A DNA stretch of 64,000 nucleotides from the NCBI GenBank assembly GCA_035541695.1, contig DATKMV010000041.1:76583-140582 (forward strand), in the 5' to 3' direction. This stretch comes from Steroidobacteraceae bacterium (lineage in GTDB: Bacteria; Pseudomonadota; Gammaproteobacteria; Steroidobacterales; Steroidobacteraceae). The notes beneath the pieces were generated by a model, which saw only the letters and a program-made list of their open reading frames with translations, had not been told where the DNA came from and made no database searches. The translations under genes and the position numbers were made by a program. Shown here piece by piece: positions 58,370 through 64,000 of this stretch (position 1 is its first letter; each line of letters begins with the position of its first letter).

Positions 58370-59056
58370 GTGCGTGTACTGGTAGTCGAAGACGAGGCGG
58401 CGCTGCGTGAGAGCCTGCAGACGCGCCTCGCTGCGGCGGGGTTCACCGTCGATGTCGCCCGCGACGGCGATGAGGGTCTGTTCGCCGGACGGGAGTATCC
58501 GCTCGACATCGCGGTCATCGATCTCGGACTGCCGGGACTTTCGGGCCTCGAGCTGATCCGTCGCCTGCGTGCGGATCACAAGACCTATCCGATCCTGATT
58601 CTGACCGCGCGCGACAACTGGCAGGACAAGGTGGAGGGGCTGCAAGCGGGTGCGGACGACTACGTCGTCAAGCCCTTCCACTTCGAGGAGGTGCTCGCGC
58701 GGCTGCAGGCGCTGCTGCGCCGTGCCGGCGGCTGGGCGAGCCCGCAGCTCAAGTGCGGTCCGGTGGTGCTCGACACGCGCGCGCAGACCGTCGCGGTGCA
58801 CGGGACTCCGGTAGAGCTCACTACTTTCGAGTACCGCATCCTCGAGCATCTGATGCTGCGGGCGGGAGAGGTGATCTCCAAGAGCGAGCTCACCGAGCGG
58901 CTCTACGACCAGGACTTCGAGCGCGACAGCAACGTGATCGAGGTGCTGGTCGGACGACTGCGACGCAAGCTCGACCCCACCGATGAGCTGCGCCCGATCG
59001 AGACGCTGCGCGGCCGCGGCTATCGTCTGGCGCTGCCGCGTGATGCGGTGACCTGA
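58370..59056 (+). CDS. OmpR/PhoB-family response regulator (PhoP-like)
   Basis: GTG start after GGGGAG. Receiver domain (VLVVEDE, DIAVIDLGLPGLSG, ILILTAR) and a winged-helix output domain (LTTFEYRILEHLM, RGRGYRL). Confidence 0.85.
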   Translation: MRVLVVEDEAALRESLQTRLAAAGFTVDVARDGDEGLFAGREYPLDIAVIDLGLPGLSGLELIRRLRADHKTYPILILTARDNWQDKVEGLQAGADDYVVKPFHFEEVLARLQALLRRAGGWASPQLKCGPVVLDTRAQTVAVHGTPVELTTFEYRILEHLMLRAGEVISKSELTERLYDQDFERDSNVIEVLVGRLRRKLDPTDELRPIETLRGRGYRLALPRDAVT

Positions 59057-59079
59057 ACTGCGGCAGAGGCCGACCGCTC

Positions 59080-60435
59080 GTGCATTCGCTCAGCCGGCGA
59101 TTGCTGATCTCGGTCTCGGTGCCGCTCGCTCTTTTTTGCGGCGTGGTGATGCTGGTGCTCGACACCGGGTTCCGTGCCGTCGCGCAGCGCACGCTGCAGG
59201 ACGAGCTCGACCGCCAGATGGTGGCGCTGATCGCGGCCGCCGAGCCGCAGCCCGACGGTGGCTACGCACCCCCGCCCCACAGCCTCCCGCCGCGCCTCGA
59301 GACACCGCGCTCGGGCGTCTACGCGCAGATCCGCTCGGCAGGACACGACTGGCGCTCGCCGTCCACTGCCGGCATGCGAGCCGACTTCGGGCCACTGTTA
59401 TCCAGCGGTGAGCGCAGCCTCGTCTTCGCCACCTTCGGCCAGGATCGCGTCGCCATCGAGAGTCGCTCCATCCAGTTCGAGGGCGCGCCGGCGGCGGCCG
59501 GAGCAGCGGGGACGCCCGTCCCCGGCCGCTCGCTCACTTTCAGCGTCGCGACGAGCCTCGGTCCCTACGAGCAGGAGCTGTGGCGATTCCGTCGCGAGCT
59601 CGGCAGCTGGTTCCTCGTGCTGATGCTGCTGCTCCTGCTGACGCTCGCCGGGCTGCTGCACTGGGTGCTCGGTCCGGTGCGTCGCATGGAGCGCGAGATT
59701 CACGAGGTCGAGGAGGGACGGCGCGAGCGGCTCGGCGGGGGCTACCCGCGCGAGCTTTCCGGTGTGGCGAGGAACCTCAATACCTTGCTGCTCGGGGAGC
59801 GCAAACGGGTCGCACGCTACCGCGATACCCTCGGCAACCTCGCGCACAGCCTGAAGACACCGCTCGCGGTCATGCGAGCCGAGGGTGCGAGCGCCACGGT
59901 GAGCACCGAGATCGACCGCATGAGCGGCATCATCGAGCATCAGCTCAAGCGCGCCGCCGCCTCGGGCGGGGCGCTGCTCGGACAGGCGCCCGTGGAGGTG
60001 TCACAGGTGGCCGCGGAGCTGCGCGCCACGCTGTTACGCGTGTACGCGGGCAAGGATCTCGCGATCGAGCTTGCGATGGGTGCAGGTACGCAGTTCATGG
60101 GCGATCGTGGCGACCTGACCGAGCTGCTCGGCAACCTCCTGGACAATGCGTGCAAGTGGTGCCGCACGCGCGTGCGCTTGAGCGCGAGCAGCGACGCGGG
60201 TGCGGACCCGCGCCAGCGACTCGCGCTGGTGGTGGAGGATGACGGACCGGGCATCTCCGCCGCCGACCGGAACCGTGTACTGCAGCGCGGGGTGCGCGCA
60301 GATGAGAAGGTGCCCGGCCATGGCCTCGGGCTCGCCATGGTGCACGACACCGTCGACCTCTACGGCGGCGCGCTCGCCATCGATGCCTCGCCGCTCGGAG
60401 GCGCCCGCTTAACCGTGCGGCTGCCGGGCCGTTAG
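59080..60435 (+). CDS. sensor histidine kinase (PhoQ-like)
   Basis: Two TM segments flank a periplasmic domain. H-box LGNLAHSLKTPLAV, N-box LLDNACKW, then DDGPGI and GHGLGLAMV. Confidence 0.8.
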   Translation: MHSLSRRLLISVSVPLALFCGVVMLVLDTGFRAVAQRTLQDELDRQMVALIAAAEPQPDGGYAPPPHSLPPRLETPRSGVYAQIRSAGHDWRSPSTAGMRADFGPLLSSGERSLVFATFGQDRVAIESRSIQFEGAPAAAGAAGTPVPGRSLTFSVATSLGPYEQELWRFRRELGSWFLVLMLLLLLTLAGLLHWVLGPVRRMEREIHEVEEGRRERLGGGYPRELSGVARNLNTLLLGERKRVARYRDTLGNLAHSLKTPLAVMRAEGASATVSTEIDRMSGIIEHQLKRAAASGGALLGQAPVEVSQVAAELRATLLRVYAGKDLAIELAMGAGTQFMGDRGDLTELLGNLLDNACKWCRTRVRLSASSDAGADPRQRLALVVEDDGPGISAADRNRVLQRGVRADEKVPGHGLGLAMVHDTVDLYGGALAIDASPLGGARLTVRLPGR

Positions 60436-60446
60436 CCGCGGCCCGA

Positions 60447-61997
60447 CTACTCGACCTTGAACTCGATGCCCTGTGCGAGTGGCAGGTCGCGGCTCCAGTT
60501 GACGGTGTTGGTCTGCCGGCGCATGTAGGTTTTCCAGGCATCGGAGCCGGACTCGCGGCCACCCCCGGTGTCCTTCTCGCCGCCGAAGGCGCCCCCGATC
60601 TCGGCCCCCGAGGTGCCGAGGTTGATGTTGGCGATGCCGCAATCGCTGCCAGCGGCCGACAGGAAAGCCTCGGCACTCTGCAGGCGGTCGGTGAACAGCG
60701 CCGAGGACAGGCCATGGGCCGAGGCGTTCTGCTGCTCGATCGCCGCGGAGAGCGAGTCGACCGGAATCAGGTACAGGATCGGGGCGAAGGTCTCGGTCTG
60801 CACGATGGGCCACTCGTTGCGCGCGCGCACGATCGTCGGCTCGACGAAGTTGCCGGGCCGTTTCAGCACGTTGCCACCGTGCAGGATCTCTCCGCCGGCG
60901 CTGCGCACTGCGCTCACCGCCGACTGATAGCTCTCTACCGCCTTGGTATCGATGAGCGGACCCATGAGCGTGCCGCTCTCGAGCGGGTCGCCGATGCGCA
61001 CCTGGCGGTAAGCGTGCACCAGGCGTCGCTCGAGCTCAGCGGCGATCGCGCGGTGCGCGAACACGCGGCGCGTCGAGGTGCAGCGCTGGCCGGCGGTGCC
61101 CACGGCGCCAAACACGATCGCCGGCACGGCGAGATCGAGGTTCGCGGTCTCGTCCACGATCACGGCGTTGTTGCCACCGAGCTCGAGCAGGCTCTTGCCG
61201 AGACGTGCAGCCACGCGCTCGCCGACCTTGCGGCCGACCTCGGTCGAGCCGGTGAAGGAGACGAGTGCGATGCGCCGGTCCTCGACCAGGCGCGTCGCGA
61301 GTCCGGTGCCGCCATCGACGAACACCTGGAAGACCGCCGGCAGCTGCGCGGACTCGATCACCTTGTTGCAGAGGTGCTGCACGGCAAGCGCGGTGAGCGG
61401 CGTCTTGTGCGAAGGTTTCCAGACGCAGGCATTGCCGCAGACCGCGCCCAGGAATGCATTCCACGACCAGACTGCGACCGGAAAGTTGAACGCCGAGATG
61501 ATGCCGACCACTCCGAGCGGGTGCCACTGCTCGAACATGCGATGCTGGGGACGCTCCGAGTGCATGCTGAGCCCGTAGAGCATGCGGGACTGGCCGACCG
61601 CGAAGTCGGCGATGTCGATCATCTCCTGCACCTCCCCGAGGCCCTCGGCGAGGATCTTGCCGTTCTCGAGCGAGACCAGCGTGCCGAGGTCCTGCTTGTG
61701 GCGCCGCAGCTCTTCCCCGATCAACCGCACGGCCTCGCCGCGCTTTGGCGCCGGGACTTCGCGCCAGCGCGCGGCGGCCTGGACCGCGGAGCTCACCACG
61801 TGCTCATAGTCCTCGACACTCGCCGGACGCACCTGCGCGATGAGCGTCCCGTTGGCGGGGTTGCGCACGTTGAGGAGCGTCTGGTCGGTGGTGCTCGACC
61901 AGCCGTGCGATCCCGACCAGGTGCCCGGATTCACCGACCCGAGCCCCAGCCGGCGCAGCACTGCGCTCGTATCCGTAGTCATGCGTTCAGCACTCAT
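60447..61997 (-). CDS. amaB: ALDH7-family alpha-aminoadipic semialdehyde (piperideine-6-carboxylate) dehydrogenase
   Basis: Strongly collinear with ALDH7A1-type enzymes as I recall them ([81 protein letters not shown]). The ATG at 61997 overlaps the upstream stop (ATGA). Alternative ATG at 61982. Confidence 0.85.
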   Translation of the reverse strand: MSAERMTTDTSAVLRRLGLGSVNPGTWSGSHGWSSTTDQTLLNVRNPANGTLIAQVRPASVEDYEHVVSSAVQAAARWREVPAPKRGEAVRLIGEELRRHKQDLGTLVSLENGKILAEGLGEVQEMIDIADFAVGQSRMLYGLSMHSERPQHRMFEQWHPLGVVGIISAFNFPVAVWSWNAFLGAVCGNACVWKPSHKTPLTALAVQHLCNKVIESAQLPAVFQVFVDGGTGLATRLVEDRRIALVSFTGSTEVGRKVGERVAARLGKSLLELGGNNAVIVDETANLDLAVPAIVFGAVGTAGQRCTSTRRVFAHRAIAAELERRLVHAYRQVRIGDPLESGTLMGPLIDTKAVESYQSAVSAVRSAGGEILHGGNVLKRPGNFVEPTIVRARNEWPIVQTETFAPILYLIPVDSLSAAIEQQNASAHGLSSALFTDRLQSAEAFLSAAGSDCGIANINLGTSGAEIGGAFGGEKDTGGGRESGSDAWKTYMRRQTNTVNWSRDLPLAQGIEFKVE

Positions 61998-63166
61998 GCG
62001 TTCACCGCCTTTGCGCGCCGTTGATGCCCTACCTTGCCGGCGACGACGAGCTCGCCGGAGAGGTGCTTGGTTCCGCCGGGCGCGTAATGACGACCGAAGC
62101 GATTGCCGAGGATGTCCGTGAGACGGAACTGCTCCTGCGCGACGAAACCGTGGTAGCCCCCGCCACTCTCGAGCACGAGGTCGACTACCGCGGTGATGCC
62201 GGCGGCGGTCGTCACCTGGATCGCCGACCAGAGCCGTCCGGCGATCACCTGCGGATAGATCTTGTTGACGTAGTTCTCCTCGCGCAGCTGGCCGTCCTGT
62301 GTACCGGTGACCGCCACGTAGACGATAACGACATCCTGCAGCGTCTGTGGAACCGCATTCTCGAGGATGCGCTTCAACGTGGCGCGATCGTGATTGAGCT
62401 TCAGATCGTTCATGAGCAGACGCATCTGCTCGCAGTGGCCGGGGTAACGGATGGTCTTGTAGTTCATGGTTTCGACGCGCGCGCCCTGCGTCTCGGCGAG
62501 CGAGCCGAGGCCACCGGAAGTGTTGAAGGCTTCGTAGCGCATGCCATCGATCTCGATCTCCTCGAGACCCTCGAGCGGCGCGACATCGACCAGCCGTCCC
62601 TCGCTCACCGCCTGGCACGGATTGCCGTACTCGTTGATGAGTCCCTCGGTCGACCAGGTGAGGGAGTACTTGAGCACGTTGTTAGGGTGCTGCGGCAGCG
62701 CGCCGACCCGCAGCTTGACCGCGCGCAGCGCATCAAAGTGCGTGATGAGCTCGGCGGCGGCGATGCTGATGAAGCCGGGGGCGAGTCCACACTGCGGGAC
62801 GAACGCCTGGGTCGCGCCCGCCGCGATGGCGCGCACGGCGCGCGTCACCTCGACATCCTCGGTGAGATCGAAGTAGTGCAGCCGCGCCCGCCGTGCCGCT
62901 TCCGCAACCCGCACGTTGCAGTGAAAGGGAAGACTCGAGATGACCGCGTCCACGGGGTGCGCGCTCAGCTGCTGTGCGAGAGCTGCGCTGTCGGTGGCAT
63001 CGAGGGCGACGGCGCTGAGGTGCGTGCTGCCATGCGCGCGCACCACGCTCTCGGCGGCCGCGCCGTCGACGTCGGCGAGCTCGACCCTGTAAGCGCCCGA
63101 TTCAGCTAGCAATCCGGAGATGAGCGCGCCGATCTTCCCGGCGCCTAGGATCAGAACACGGTGCAT
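61994..63166 (-). CDS. saccharopine dehydrogenase-family protein (L-lysine 6-dehydrogenase-like)
   Basis: Track ORF trimmed to the ATG at 63166 ([13 protein letters not shown] Rossmann motif, GAGGAG upstream). [14 protein letters not shown] and YKTIRYPGH are typical of the saccharopine dehydrogenase C-terminal domain. Confidence 0.7.
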   Translation of the reverse strand: MHRVLILGAGKIGALISGLLAESGAYRVELADVDGAAAESVVRAHGSTHLSAVALDATDSAALAQQLSAHPVDAVISSLPFHCNVRVAEAARRARLHYFDLTEDVEVTRAVRAIAAGATQAFVPQCGLAPGFISIAAAELITHFDALRAVKLRVGALPQHPNNVLKYSLTWSTEGLINEYGNPCQAVSEGRLVDVAPLEGLEEIEIDGMRYEAFNTSGGLGSLAETQGARVETMNYKTIRYPGHCEQMRLLMNDLKLNHDRATLKRILENAVPQTLQDVVIVYVAVTGTQDGQLREENYVNKIYPQVIAGRLWSAIQVTTAAGITAVVDLVLESGGGYHGFVAQEQFRLTDILGNRFGRHYAPGGTKHLSGELVVAGKVGHQRRAKAVNA

Positions 63167-63371
63167 AGGGCTCCTCACAAAACCAGCGAGATCGAGCTTT
63201 GCCCGACCGAGGACATTGCCGTGCTCAGCAAGACGCTTGGTCTCGCGGCGCCCGGTTGAAAAGGGGCGCATTCTGCCCTCGAAGCGCCCGTGGCGCCAGC
63301 CATTCGCACCGAGCGTGCAGTACGCCGCGGCGCATCCTGACGAGCCATAAAAAAGTGGTAGGATCAATGAC

Positions 63372-64000
<629 letters not shown>

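Overview
GC-rich, gene-dense chromosomal segment, probably from a Gamma- or Betaproteobacterium (no marker gene here settles the taxon). I support about 62 protein-coding genes and found no rRNA or tRNA, transposase, integrase, phage gene or CRISPR array. Many long track ORFs are antisense shadows of real genes, typical of high-GC DNA, and I rejected them. Gene blocks in order: (1) the 3' end of a 3-hydroxyacyl-CoA dehydrogenase gene and a secreted TPR-like protein. (2) An Lrp/BkdR-like regulator divergent from a fused E1 alpha-beta / E2 2-oxoacid dehydrogenase operon that runs directly into paaK. (3) paaX divergent from paaABCDE-paaG-paaI-paaZ. (4) A sulfur assimilation region: cysH-cysG-cysteine synthase followed by modB-modC without modA, then cysB, then cysI-DUF934. 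(5) A maoC-citE-small unknown operon. (6) xdhC-unknown-mocA-like molybdenum cofactor accessory genes with no molybdoenzyme beside them. (7) thrABC plus a NERD-domain membrane protein. (8) An M20 peptidase and tatD. (9) An exported protein followed by a MacA-like adaptor, an ABC ATPase and two FtsX permeases. (10) ltaE, an ABC-2 exporter and kynA. (11) msrQP, a HAD hydrolase and acnA. (12) mnmA, a Nudix gene, an unknown gene and purB, then fumC, a CoA-pyrophosphatase Nudix gene and mazG. (13) PepSY and a PhoPQ-like two-component pair. (14) A lysine catabolic pair (saccharopine/lysine dehydrogenase family plus ALDH7/amaB) and the 5' part of a class II DAHP synthase gene. I see no defence island or clearly new multi-gene system. 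The observations most worth follow-up are the E1ab-E2-paaK operon (possible arylpyruvate to phenylacetyl-CoA module), the compound TGCGCA-centred tandem-repeat array between kynA and msrQ, the xdhC/mocA operon with an embedded unknown gene, the modBC genes lacking modA behind the cys genes, and the maoC-citE-unknown triad. All functional calls rest on my recognition of motifs in the translations. No database search was run.
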